Shown here piece after piece: positions 40,958-53,880 of a stretch of DNA of 64,000 nt. The first letter of the stretch is position 1. The number at the start of each line of letters is the position of its first letter. The translations under genes and the position numbers were made by a program. The stretch comes from Octopus bimaculoides (Eukaryota): NCBI RefSeq assembly GCF_001194135.2, contig NC_068981.1:107335878-107399877 (forward strand). The letters are read 5' to 3'. The notes beneath the pieces are model-generated. The model was not told the origin of the DNA. It saw only the letters and a program-made list of their open reading frames with translations, and did not search any database.

Positions 40958-42902
40958 AATAATTTATAATAATCAAGGGGATAATTCTTTATGCTATGAG
41001 TTATGTAATTTTGCTTTGCAAACAGATTATTATAAAACAAACTATTGTTTGTCTTTAACATTTGTTTATTAACCAGAAAAATTACCCTTATACAAAGTCT
41101 CTTACAACCAACAAAGAATCCTCTACACGCTAGAAATAATAGCCAAGTCCCCAACTCCCATCTAATATTTTAGAAGTACAAGACAATATCAATAACACTA
41201 CACAGCTGTTTGACCTGCTAGAAAGTGGCCAGATCTCCAACTCATACCACATCATTTAAAAAGAAATTGAGACCATGTCTACTCAGTTTTTATCTAGGGT
41301 TAAAGAATGACAAGTTCTCATAATTTTTTTACATTTCTTTCTATTTTTTATTCTCCCTCACTTTCTTATGAAGAAGGATAGCAATGCTAATATCAAATCC
41401 AAAAGCAATCATCAATATCAACATTATGAACATAATATTGATAATTAGAATTAAGTGAGCATGAGGATGATTATGTGCTTAGTCCAGTCAAATTTTAAAT
41501 AAATTCATTTAACAAAATCAAATTCTGACTAAGTTTATACTGAATTTAATTTCTTATCATTCTTAGTTGAAAATTGTTATATTCTTCCAACCTTTCTAAC
41601 ATCAAATTTGGCGTTGTTGTGACATTGAGTAATATTCAACAAACTCAAATTATTTATGCCTATACAGCATTAAAAGCCATAATTCAACTATGAATATTAT
41701 AAATTTTTACATTTTCTTGGCTCCTCTAGGCTCTTTAATTATATTTCTCCTATTATATTGTTTATTTTAATGGTATATTTGGATTAGACTATAAATATGA
41801 AGTATATAACAAAAGAAACATAAAAGTTTTTATAATATTATTTATATTAAATTTGAAATTTCCGTATATTCTTTAACCCATTAATAACCAATGCCCCATT
41901 TTTTGAGACATGTTTATTTACCAAATATAATTCATTACTGGTAATTACTCTAACAAAAAATATTGCATCTATTAATATTTGAATATTTGGTAAGGTTCAA
42001 TGAGCTCTTACAAAAATACATATCTCCTCAACAATAATGGATATAATTTTCCTTTTGGAATAAAAGATTTTTTTTAAATGTGTTTTTTTTTTCACAAGAA
42101 ACTACATAAAAAGAGCTATTTACTTATCATTATTGGAATCTTCCTATGACTTAATTACTTTCTACATTTTTCATTTCTTTCAAATATTAAAAACAATTTT
42201 ATATAAAAAAAAAAAATCAATGCTTAAAAATATTTACACAAAAAAATTCGGAAACAATGATAACAAGAATCAATGCATATTCAAAACTAGCTGAGAATTA
42301 GGCAAGTAAAAAAAAAATACATTTTCTGTTTCACTGAATGCTAAAACCCCTTGAAGGTGCAAGATTCCTTTGAATCTAATTAACTGTTCTTCCTGATTTT
42401 GTTTTCATGCAAAAATATCTTATAACTCCATTATAAACAGCTGATGTTTGTTTTTATACTCTAAATTAAAAACAAAACAAATTAGATTTAATTTCCATAA
42501 GTAAACCTGTAATGCATTTTTTTAAAAAAAGGTTCTGGATTATTTAAAACTTTATGATTTAATTTTAATCAGTAAATGGTAAAATATGATTTGAGACATT
42601 TTCTGAATAACACCTGGAAAAAATATAATCCTTTATAGAATCATGCTACAATTACAGAATAGCCATTTAATGACGAGATACATGACAAAGTAAGTTTTTA
42701 GATTTAATAAAATATCTCAAAATAGAAGTTAAGAAATATTTTGAACTTGCAAATTAATTCACTGATAAATATTTACAATTACAGAATTATTTAAAATGAA
42801 AGTCGTTATTGAAGAGTATCAGAAATGAATATTGTTTTAATGAATATTGCTTTATATTCAAATCAAATTTGTACTGGGAATTTTAAACTACACCATACTT
42901 AC

Positions 42903-42952
42903 TTGAACTTTGGATCGTATAGCACCCATGGCTGGAATCTGTGAAAAATAAC
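42903..42952 (-). CDS. CACNA2D: alpha2delta exon (50 nt, phase 1-0): (G)YFSQIPAMGAIRSKVQ
   Basis: Acceptor tttttcag, donor gtaagt; end of the VWA domain. Confidence 0.92.
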
Positions 42953-43384
42953 CTGAAAAAAATTATAGCTATCAGTATAACTATCATCATTATCAAACCA
43001 TTAACAAAATTTTCAAAAGTAAAAATGTTTGCTCAATATGCTTTATATATATTTTGTTGTGTTGGGGTGAGTCATACTGTCTTAATATATATATATATAT
43101 ATATGAAGATGAGGTTGTCCTTGTGCTCTTGTGCTGGTGACCAATTCCCCTGACAAGAGATCTTTTGGGACCCTCCTGTCCAGCATGCAATGTACATGAC
43201 CAAGCCAGTGCAGATGAAAGGGTGAGTATACTGGGTATAGTACTGACCACATTTATATATATGTGCCAAACAGCCATTGAGCATGATGTGGTACTCTGAC
43301 TTGTTGAATCTTGTTGAACCATCCAATCAGTGCCAGCATAGAAAATGGACATTAAATAGTAAAGATCATGGCATTGAAACACAG

Positions 43385-43775
43385 TTATTCCAACTTTGTG
43401 TGGTAAGTTGCTTGCTTACCAACCACATGGTTCCGGGTTCAATCCCACTGCGTGGCATCTTGGGCAAGTGTCTTCTACTATAGTCTCAGGCCAACCAAAG
43501 CCTTGTGAGTGGATTTGGTAGACGGAAACTGCAAGAAGCCCGTCGTATATATGTATACATATGTGTGTGTGTATGTTTGTGCATCTGTGTTTGTCCCCCC
43601 CAACATTGCTTGACAACTGATGCTAGTGTGTTTACGTCCCCGTAACTTAGCGGTTCGGCAAAAGAGACCGATAGAATAAGTACTAGGCTTACAAAAAATA
43701 AGTCCTGGGGTTGCTTTGCTCGACTAAAGGCAGTGCTCCAGCATGGCTACAGTCAAATGACTGAAACAAGTAAAG
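43385..43775 (+). mobile_element. tRNA-derived SINE (related copies at ~2410-2560, ~47460-47700, ~48530-48740, ~55490-55640, ~63690-64000 plus strand; ~61425-61750 minus strand)
   Basis: tgtgtggtaag..ttccgggttcaatcccactgcgtggcatcttgggcaagtgtcttctactatag...gatttggtagacggaaactg..(TG)n...gactaaaggc.gtgctccagcatggc..agtcaaatgactgaaacaagtaaa; shared among the listed copies. Confidence 0.8.
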
Positions 43776-44859
43776 AGTACTATTAAAAAAAAGGTTCAAC
43801 AATTCTTAGACTTTTTTATATTCAACACTAACAGAGAAGTTAGCATAATTGTTTCACTTCAGGTAATGGGTAGTACTTTTAAAATTATCTCCTTGATATT
43901 TTGTCAACTATACACAATCCAAATCTTTGGTGGATCTGAAAACTTTAAAAACTTTGTTTATGTATCAATGATTGGAAAAGGCAAAGTGCTTTATAAATGC
44001 TAATTTGAAGATTTACAAGACGTTGTAGGAAAAAATAGAATGTAATTAAATCACCAAGCCATGACAGATTTAGAACTGAGTATAATTAAGGCTTCTAGAG
44101 GTAAAGTGCAAGGTGTCACTAACAATGTTAGTTTTTTTTTCCATTTACAATGCTGTATTTGGCTGAAAATTCAGAAGAATGAACTCAGTATACAATACCA
44201 CAACGACAAAAAACTTCAGTTTAAAATTGTGTAATGTTTTTGCATTAGCATTCCTTTAGTCTGATAAAAATTCAAGGAGTTTTTAATGAACTGAAAGTCT
44301 TTTTATCTAAAGAAGCCAGAAAATTTACTGACTGACTCAAGGCCAAGAAAAGATTTGCATAAAGATGCAGTTGTTTGATTACAAACATTATTTCTACCAG
44401 ATTTTTGTTAGTATATAATTGCATGTACCCTAAACAACATTGAAGTGTGACAGATGTGAAAAATTTAAGGGATACTCATGCTGGTGCATATCAAATTATA
44501 GAATTTCAAAAAGGGCTGAATCACACTGAAGGTGATAATAAATGTATTCCCTAGAACAAGATATGTCTCAGAGAAAAAAAGGCAGGTTTTCATTCACTGT
44601 CCCTCTGATACATATATTTTCATTTAAAAAGTAAATGTATTTTAATGTTTCTCAAATAGATTCACATTTGATAAATGTGCTTTAAATTTTTTTTTTTTCT
44701 GAATATTTTTGGGGTTTTCATATTTCAGGATTTCAACATCTGAATGATATTTTGGGGATTCTGATATTTCAGGATTTCAACATTTGGGATTGATAACCCA
44801 CTTATACCACATTTATATGTATGTGTGTGAGCATGTGTTTATCTCTATTGTTGAGGTCC

Positions 44860-45416
44860 ATATCTGCAATAACCAGTGGAAGTGCTGTAATTAATTATCT
44901 TTGTCAGTAGTTTTTGATCTTTTTATTAGTTAGCTAATCTGAATTGATATCTTGAATTTTAAAGAACATTAGAAAAGCAAGTGTTTTTGTAAAAACAAAC
45001 GACACAAGTTTTTATAACATGGTTGTAAGGAAAACGTATGTTATATTACTTCAATGAAATGTAAGAAAATCAAAAGGATATGAAAATCTATTGTTTAAAT
45101 TTGTCTGGCAATTTGGAACAGAATTCCTTTATTGTCATTTACCTTAAAGGAATTCTGTTCCAAATTGCCAGACAAATTTGAACAATAGATTTTCATATCC
45201 TTTTGATTTTCTTACATTTCATTGAAGTAATATTACATACATTTTCCTTACAACCATGTTATAAAAACCTGTGTCGTTTGTTTTTACAAAAACACTTGCT
45301 TTTCTAATGTTCTTTAAAATTCAACATATCAATTCAGATTAGCTAACTAATAAAAAGATCAAAAACTTCTGACAAAGATAATTAATTACAGCACTTCCAC
45401 TGGTTATTGCAGATAT
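44860..45416. repeat. 557-bp near-perfect palindrome (272-bp arms, 13-nt loop)
   Basis: 44860-45131 is the reverse complement of 45145-45416 with about 6 substitutions and no indels by manual comparison; loop ttgtcatttacct. Confidence 0.95.
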
Positions 45417-45564
45417 CTTTAATCACAATTCTTTGTTTAATTTAACTAAAACAAACTAACCTAAAATACATTTTCCCCACATTACTGTGACATTTCAATA
45501 CAATGATTTATACAAATATGTAAATTTTTGAGAACTGCCTACTCCTTGTAAACATAAAGAAAAG

Positions 45565-45604
<40 letters not shown>

Positions 45605-45870
45605 TTATTGCCAAGATGTCTCACATGCGCAAATTTACAGTATGCCAGAATTAAATGAATTCTAATAACAGGTACATTATGGGTACCTCATTGAATTTCA
45701 ATCAACGTGGTCATTTTCATTTATTCTTTAAACAATCAACCAAATTCTTTTGTAAGATATTTCAAATCTATAATATAAGGGTTTATAACAAAGATTAAGG
45801 AGATGTAATAGATGAATTACTCAAAATATGTAAAAATATAATTAAGTTTGAAAACATCAAGTAAGGTTAC

Positions 45871-45949
45871 CTCGATTACTACAGGCCATCCAACGAATAG
45901 CAGACGTAGGATTTGCAGTAGGACCTACTGCATACGTGAAAACTCTCAC
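45871..45949 (-). CDS. CACNA2D: alpha2delta exon (79 nt, phase 0-1): VRVFTYAVGPTANPTSAIRWMACSNR
   Basis: Acceptor ttattacag, donor gtaacc; conserved VRVFT..VG and WMAC.N.G. Confidence 0.95.
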
Positions 45950-46227
45950 CTGTAATAAAAAGAAATGTTATTACAACCAGGAATTGAACATAAATTATGT
46001 TAATATAGTCACAATTGTATTGGATTTAGTAAAAACGAACATAGTTGAAACAATGGACAGTTCACAACTAAAACTTACTTCATCAGAGGTGGCAGAAAGG
46101 AAAAGTATAGTCAATCTGTCAGTCTATTCTTACAAACTCATTTCTCTACTTCATATTTTATGATTATGATTTTAATAAGCTTTTCTATAGATAAAATTAA
46201 AACTACATATGTATGTGTGTGTGTGTG

Positions 46228-46261
<34 letters not shown>

Positions 46262-47240
46262 TATATAACATAGTCATCATCATCCTTTAACGTTCATTTT
46301 CCATACTGGCACAGGTTGGACAGTTTGACCAGACCTGGCAAGCCAGAGAGCTGCACCAGGTTCCAGGCTGATTTGGCTTGGTTTCTATGGCTGGATGCCC
46401 TACCAAGTGTCAACCACTTTACAGAGTGTGTTGGGTGCTTTTAATGTGGCACCAGGTACATATGTGTGTGTATGTGTGTGTGTGTGTACCATAATATATA
46501 TACATCAAGAAAAGGCAAATATACTGCAATATTCATATTGAGATAATATCTCTCATAGTTGTGCTTTGTTTAAAAACAAATATACCAGCTGCAGTTGAAA
46601 ACTGTCTGCCACTGATGTAGTGATGAGAATGCTAACATGCACATTTCTGCCTTGTTGGACTTTATCAACTTGTTAAGCTTGTACTTGCTACTTATTGCAT
46701 ACTAAAACAAAATCCATTGCTACTGACTGGTATAGGAAAATAATCAACTACTCACATACTTTTTTTTAAACAATGTACACCATGATATTTTCAAGTTTAT
46801 AGGCAAGATGTATTACTTTGAAGCTTTGTAGAAAGGGTAATACAGGTGAAGGATGTAACAGTAGTAGCAGTAAGAACTGATCTTTCTACTTTGTGAAAAA
46901 GTATTAATACATTAAGAAAAATCAAATATAAGTTTTATGTAGTCAGTTTATATCAAATATAGATAAAATGATTAGCATCATATGCATCAAGAACAATTAG
47001 AGCAATTTTGTATGTGGTTGCTCAACCTGATAGAAATAGATGCCAAATCTGTATCCAACAGTCTGCTTTAAAAGGGAGAATATATTGATGTGGTCAGAGA
47101 TACACTGTATACGAAAAAAGAGAAGATGGGCATGACTGAAAAGCTTTTGATGATAGATTTAATCAATCAAGGTTGACCTGGGGCTGAAGAATAATAAGTT
47201 TTTTGCGAGGCTCATTTTAAATGTAAGAAAATATACATAC

Positions 47241-47369
47241 CGACTTATTTTTTGACCAGTTGTATTTTTCAAAAACCTCTTTGGCATTATCAGTTCCACC
47301 ATCAGTAAGTAACATGATGACTTCATTGCACTGGGCACCAACTCCATTTTGTTTAGATTTGTTTCTGAA
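47241..47369 (-). CDS. CACNA2D: alpha2delta exon (129 nt, phase 0-0): FRNKSKQNGVGAQCNEVIMLLTDGGTDNAKEVFEKYNWSKNKS
   Basis: Acceptor ttattatag, donor gtatgt; CN..IML.TDGG...A.E.F.KYN VWA motif. Confidence 0.95.
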
Positions 47370-47748
47370 CTATAATAAAATGATATATTAAGATAAATAC
47401 AAAATAAGAATAAGTAGCAAATAATGAGAAGAACAAGATAAACATTAAAAAAATATGCATAGGTGAAGGTGCGGTTGTATAAGAAGCTTCCTTCCCAACT
47501 ACATGGTTCTGGGTTCAGTCCCACTGCATGGCACCTTGGGCAAGTGTCTTCTTGTATAGCACTTGCGAGTGGATTTGGTAGACGGAAACCGAAAAAAGCT
47601 TGTCATATGTGTGTGTTTGTCCCCCATCACCAGTTGACAACCTGTGTTGGTGTGTATATGTCCCTGTAACTTAGCGGTTCAACAACAGTGACCAATAGAA
47701 TAATACACACACACACACACATATATATATACACGTGTATATATATAT

Positions 47749-47769
<21 letters not shown>

Positions 47770-47779
<10 letters not shown>

Positions 47780-47975
47780 GAAGAATGTACGAAAAAAACA
47801 ACAACAGACGAGGACAGGTGATGTAAACAACAAAAGGATGTATTAGTATGATGCTCGAGAATACGGAAAGCCTTTTACGTTTCGAGCTATGCTCTTCAAC
47901 AGAAAGAATACGGAGACAAGGAGAAAAACACGGAGAAAAAAAATTGAATAGTGTCCAGTCAGCGGTCAATCATAG
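47770..47975. repeat. Dispersed repeat, second copy at ~9540-9720; possibly a Penelope-like element end
   Basis: Shared gacgaggacaggtg..aacaa..gtgtattagt.tgatgctcg.gaa..ttt.cgagc....cttcaacagaa. The family assignment is inference. Confidence 0.5.
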
Positions 47976-47984
47976 TAATGGCTA

Positions 47985-48034
<50 letters not shown>

Positions 48035-48809
48035 GTACATATATATACATATATAAATATTTATATATATATATATATATATACATATATAAACAAATAA
48101 TCCATATAACATTTAATATATTAAACAAAACTATATAAATTTCATCAGATAAATGAAATGAAGCAGATTAGATGCTAAGATGGATTAATCTTTTACTTCA
48201 TAATCCTTGACAATTGTTTCACACAAAAAGAACCAAGATTTCCATAAACAGAAGATCACAAAGACCGAATTTGTTTTCATCAATTGGTGAAAGTTTAATG
48301 GAAAATAAGAAAAACATTTAAAATATACCGTGAAGTTTCTCTAAGCTATCATTATTAAATCCGTATTAGTATAATCCTTCTTCCACTCATGATACTCTCA
48401 ATCAAGATGAAAAAGTTAAAGGAATTGGGTGTTTAAATACCTAATAGTTAATTCTTGAATGCCTCACTATGAAATCCGATAAATATCCATTCAAAAGCCC
48501 CCTACAGAAAATACGGGTCAAGATGTATACATGTGCATGTGTTTGTGTGTCTGTTTGTCCCCACCAACATGGCTTGACAACCGCTGCTAGTGTGTTAACG
48601 TCGCCGTAACTTAGCGGTTCAGCAAAAGAGAATGATAGAAGTACTAGGCTTCCAAAGAATAAATCCTGGGGTCAATTTGCTCGACTAAAGGAGGTGCTCA
48701 AGCATGGCCACAGTCAAATGACTGAAACAAGTAAAAGAATAAAAGAAAAAAACAATATACATATATGTATAATTATATATATACACATACACACACACAC
48801 ACACACACA

Positions 48810-49290
48810 CTCTCTGAGTGGTTGGCGTTAGGAAGGGCATCCAGCTNNNNNNNNNNNNNNNNNNNNNNNNNNNNNNNNNNNNNNNNNNNNNNNNNNNNNN
48901 NNNNNNNNNNNNNNNNNNNNNNNNNNNNNNNNNNNNNNNNNNNNNNGTGGCAGATGTTCAGGAGCAATAAACACTGAAAATGTGCAGAAAACAACTGCTG
49001 CCACAATCCAGGGAGAAAAACCAGAAGTAGTTGATAGCTTCCGCTATCTTGGTGACCAAATTAGCAGTGGGGGTGGGTGCGCTGAAAGTGTAGCTGCTAG
49101 AATAAGAATAGCCTGGGCAAAGTTCAGAGAGCTCTTACCTCCGCTGGCAACAAACGGCCTCTCACTCAGAGTAAAAGGCAGACTGTATGATGCATGTGTA
49201 CGAACAGCCATGCTACATGGCAGTGAAACATGGGCCGTGACTACTGAGGACATGCATAAGCTCACAAGGAATGAAGCCAGTATGCTCCAT
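48810..49290 (+). mobile_element. RTE LINE fragments spanning an N gap
   Basis: ORF 48982-49362 (DSFRYLGDQISSGGGC.ESVAARIRIAWAKFRELLP..RVKGRLYDACVRTAMLHGSETW) is nearly identical to 10980-11310; a 3'-UTR piece precedes the gap. Confidence 0.88.
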
Positions 49291-49481
49291 ACCTCATCTT
49301 TAATATTGTCCTCTCTCACTACAGTTTACACTGAACTCCAGCCTACCCACCCCAGTCACTAGATTATCTTTCTTTTCCACCAACACTTGCCTTCCCCCAC
49401 CAACTCTTGCAACCTATCTAACCACTCATCTTTCACTCACATTCTCCCATTGTCTACTGTATCATCATCATTATTATCCTT

Positions 49482-49670
49482 GAAGGTGGCAAGCCAGCAG
49501 AATCATTAGCATGCTGGATGAAATGCTTAATGGTATTTCACCCATTGCTATGTTCTGAGTTCAAATTCCCTTGAGGTCAACTTTGTCTTTCATCCTTTCG
49601 GGATCAATAAAAGATGTACCAGTAGAACATTGAGGTCAAAGTAATCAACTCATCCCCACCTCCCCCAAGC
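49482..49670 (+). mobile_element. Second SINE family (degenerate reverse copy at ~1340-1545)
   Basis: ggtggcaag..agcagaatcattagc...gttctgagttcaaattcc..gaggtcaactttg.ctttcatcctttcggg.tcaataaa; box-B-like gttcaaattcc. Confidence 0.7.
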
Positions 49671-50036
49671 TACCTTTGTGGAAAAAATTTGAAATAATAA
49701 TTATTATCATTCTTATCTTCCCCATCATCAATAGTTGCTACACTACTCATTATCCACTGTTCACAACATTTATTGCAAAATCTCAACCCTACTCAATCTC
49801 TATAGTTGTCATCTACTCTTCACCATCTCCCCTACTCATCATCCACTCAATAGTTGTTTTTCATTATTTTCACTGCCTCACCCATTCCTCACCTCTCACT
49901 CTTGCGACATCCACCTACTCACACACCTGGTTCTTCTAGTTCCATTCACTTCTACTCACTTTGTACTTTGAAGGTCAACACATATGCCTTATTACCATTA
50001 TTTTCATCTCTTCCATGCTATATCCCAATCCCCCCC

Positions 50037-50691
50037 NNNNNNNNNNNNNNNNNNNNNNNNNNNNNNNNNNNNNNNNNNNNNNNNNNNNNNNNNNNNNNNN
50101 NNNNNNNNNNNNNNNNNNNNNNNNNNNNNNNNNNNNNNNNNNNNNNNNNNNNNNNNNNNNNNNNNNNNNNNNNNNNNNNNNNNNNNNNNNNNNNNNNNNN
50201 NNNNNNNNNNNNNNNNNNNNNNNNNNNNNNNNNNNNNNNNNNNNNNNNNNNNNNNNNNNNNNNNNNNNNNNNNNNNNNNNNNNNNNNNNNNNNNNNNNNN
50301 NNNNNNNNNNNNNNNNNNNNNNNNNNNNNNNNNNNNNNNNNNNNNNNNNNNNNNNNNNNNNNNNNNNNNNNNNNNNNNNNNNNNNNNNNNNNNNNNNNNN
50401 NNNNNNNNNNNNNNNNNNNNNNNNNNNNNNNNNNNNNNNNNNNNNNNNNNNNNNNNNNNNNNNNNNNNNNNNNNNNNNNNNNNNNNNNNNNNNNNNNNNN
50501 NNNNNNNNNNNNNNNNNNNNNNNNNNNNNNNNNNNNNNNNNNNNNNNNNNNNNNNNNNNNNNNNNNNNNNNNNNNNNNNNNNNNNNNNNNNNNNNNNNNN
50601 NNNNNNNNNNNNNNNNNNNNNNNNNNNNNNNNNNNNNNNNNNNNNNNNNNNNNNNNNNNNNNNNNNNNNNNNNNNNNNNNNNNNNNNNNNN
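50037..50691. other. Assembly gap (other gaps: 34884-34893, 38504-38513, 48847-48946)
   Basis: Runs of N. Confidence 1.
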
Positions 50692-50730
<39 letters not shown>

Positions 50731-51445
50731 TGAAATCATTCTTGTTATTTTAAAGGAGAAATTAAACTTGTTTGGAGAGTTTCCTATTGACTTTGAAAAT
50801 GATAAGAATCTAATATATTAGTTTTTACAGTGTCAGAGTAAGTTGTCATATAATCCTTCGCAATTTAATGTTTCATTGTCTATATCAGCATGGGTTTGAC
50901 AAGCTGACAATACATTATTTGCCAAACATCTCAATTCTGATGCTTAAACTTCTTTGCTTTCTTTAGTCTACCTCTGTTTCATCAACCAAAAACTTCCACC
51001 ACTTCCTTTTTAAAACCCCAAAATGTTTCATAATTTATACAGCTTGTCAATATCAGTGTTGTTGGTTATTTTGCATACATCAGCTGATTCATTTAATAGG
51101 CCAGCTGCTTGCTTACTTTATCTGTTTTTCATGTTTACAGCTAGACATCCAACAGAACACAGGTGTTTGCATTTGAAATGCTAGAAATAACAGCCAAATT
51201 ACATTCTATTTCAGTAAATAAAGTAGGGATGCAGTTGAGAATGTGGCCTAAATTACACTGTGATTATAAGTGTACCAATCACAGCTGAATAACAACAATA
51301 AGCGTTCCAAAAAAATCATTTTCTCTAATTATTGAATATCCATTGCCTTACCATCTCATATTTTACTGTATTATAGCTTCAAATTTCTGAACAAAATATA
51401 AAATATACATTTAAAAGAAAAGGATAATTTATATAAATATCATAC

Positions 51446-51535
51446 CACTTCAAATTGTTCAAATGCAAATTTAAACCCTTCCTTGAAATTTGCCATATCA
51501 TGGGCTGTGAGATTTTCTACAGCTTTTGTGAGAAT
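51446..51535 (-). CDS. CACNA2D: alpha2delta exon (90 nt, phase 0-0): ILTKAVENLTAHDMANFKEGFKFAFEQFEV
   Basis: Acceptor ttttactag, donor gtatga; GF.FAFEQ motif. Confidence 0.92.
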
Positions 51536-51930
51536 CTAGTAAAATAAATGGTAATTAGAATTTAACAAACAATAGCAACAATATGAATAACAAAATTTTA
51601 TGATAGAAATAATAATCTTTTCATGTGGCAGTCCCATGAAAGGGAAGAATGCTACTGTTATTTAGCCCTAGGAAACATTGTTTCCAGTTGCCCATGGCAC
51701 ATTTTCTGTGTCCTTATGTTTTCAAAGGGGAGATAAGCACCTCTACCCAGCAAAGCCAGCATCAAGAGACTATTTTCAGAGTCATTGCTCACCATCAGTC
51801 TGAAGTAGCATGGCTTGCTAGCTTTATTCTTTACTATGAGCATATAGCTCTTACAAAGAAGGCATAAACAAAGACAGACAACACAATATAGTGGGGTACA
51901 TAAAACATAAAAGAAAGAAAATATACCAAC

Positions 51931-52002
51931 CTTTTTATTTCTGTAATTAGCTTGCACAAATGTGTCGTTGAAACAACTGACAAAACTTGCATCTTTTGAA
52001 AA
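51931..52002 (-). CDS. CACNA2D: alpha2delta exon (72 nt, phase 0-0): FSKDASFVSCFNDTFVQANYRNKK
   Basis: Acceptor catttccag, donor gttggt; CF...VQAN.RNKK motif. Confidence 0.92.
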
Positions 52003-52768
52003 CTGGAAATGAAATAGAATTGTTCTGAGTAGACTTTAAAAAACTATTACAACGTTAAGTTTTACTTTAATTCTTTGTTCTAAGTAGAAAGAAACTACAG
52101 CTATATATAAATTTAACCTCCAGAGTTCTAAGAACTCTACCTTAGCAAAAATCATGTAAACAAGGTTCAAAAGATGAATAATGTTAATTTGCTATGAGAA
52201 TCTCCAAAAGAAGGTTGCCCTGCTTCTTAAACACACTTCCAATAACAAAATGGCAATAAAAAGTGATATATCAAGAAAAGTGTTTAAAATTAAGCACTTT
52301 GACTACATGACTCACCATAAAACATTAGATTAGTTGTTCCCAGTCTAAACATTGCTTAGTATACTCAACATATTAACAAAACCCTCTTCAAACAAATCCA
52401 CAAGAGTGCACTTACATAAAGGAACTAACTCCATATTTCAAAAAAATCTTTTCTTATATAGATTCTACAATTTTACATACTGAGATTTCATGTCCTAAAT
52501 GCTAATTACAAAACAGGCCACCAAAATGGCATAAGCAGATCTACAGAATATATTCACTAACATGTACACATATATTTCAAGTACTACTTATTATATGTAA
52601 GTGACTTTCTTACATAGAAGAAATATTTCCTATCTTTGACAACATGCAATTGCATATTTTTAGAAACTGTATTTTGGTATTAAATAGTTTTGTCTATAAG
52701 AGACCTATTTTTAAGTGATAGAAATTACTATATTTACATGAAAATAAGAGCAAATAATTATTTCTTAC

Positions 52769-52868
52769 ATGAGCAATATTTACAAAATCATTCTCTCCCA
52801 GAGTATCCAATAAAGATTTCACTGCCACCTTAATAAGCTGAAGGGCTTGCCCATGCACACTGCCACTC
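52769..52868 (-). CDS. CACNA2D: alpha2delta exon (100 nt, phase 2-0): (T)[33 protein letters not shown]
   Basis: Acceptor ttttgcag, donor gtaaga; completes the DTSGS MIDAS motif; LDTL..NDFVN motif. Confidence 0.96.
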
Positions 52869-53829
52869 CTGCAAAAATATGAGAAAATGGTTTTATACAA
52901 ATATAACTGCATAAAAAATGCATGTGCTATAATATATGGATTCATATCATGGTTAAATGAGTACAGGTGAGTTGGACATATGGAGTGAAAAACAGTCTTT
53001 TAAAATTGAAGATAAGTAGACATAGTAGTTTAAGCTGGTTATTTTACCAGAAATTATTGTGTGTAGGACCTAGTTGCTTAAGCAATGTTACATAGTAAAG
53101 AAGGTGTTAAGCTTTTGAGAAACATGTCACTAGATAAGAAGGCCAGTACACATCAGATTCAAACCAAGAAAGTATTTAGAGGTACATAATGTTAAAACTT
53201 TAATTATTCAGTGCTCCTGTTATTTACAGTTATATTTTAAAGCTGAATGGTCTGAGCCAGCAAACTAATATTTTTACTACTGAGTAGTGTAACTGATGAA
53301 TATAGATGTTGATCAGAAAATGATGTACATAAACAATTGTTAAATTAAGCTCAGTAACCCAATTTGACAATGTTATGTAAATATTAATTAAGTTCATTAA
53401 TAATCATTCTTGTGCTTTGGTTAAAAGAAAATGACCTGCATTGTAATACTATTCACATTATTTGAAATATTACTCACATTCTCATTTATCTGAAAATTAT
53501 TTGAGCAGTGACGAAATTAATGAAGATAGTTTTTAATACATAGAAAGTTTGAAGACATGAATGAAAGAATGATGCTGATATATGAAGGAAATGTTTTCAA
53601 TTTAACATTATTAAGAACAATAGAATTGTTCAATTGCTAAAATAAAACTAATACTGAAAAATATCTATGAATTTAAGCTTAGAAAACTAGATGTGATGAG
53701 GAAATCAGAAACAGACCTTATTAAAAATTGTTAATATTTTTAATTTGGTGAAATAAGAGATAAACAGATACTTTAAATTTTGGTAGTAATGATGATCTAT
53801 ATATGTTAAATGTTAAAAATTATACTTAC

Positions 53830-53880
53830 GTGTCAATAATAATCATCATGTCTTTGGGTGAACTTGCTCCTTGAGTATAC
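53830..53880 (-). CDS. CACNA2D: alpha2delta exon (51 nt, phase 2-2): (W)YTQGASSPKDMMIIID(T)
   Basis: Acceptor aatgtcag, donor gtaagt; WY.QGA.SPKDM.I..D motif. Confidence 0.96.

Noticed and set aside
49854-50821. Long ORFs (249-299 aa) in the ORF track
   Set aside because: They consist mostly of the N gap (X) and (TA)n; artefacts.
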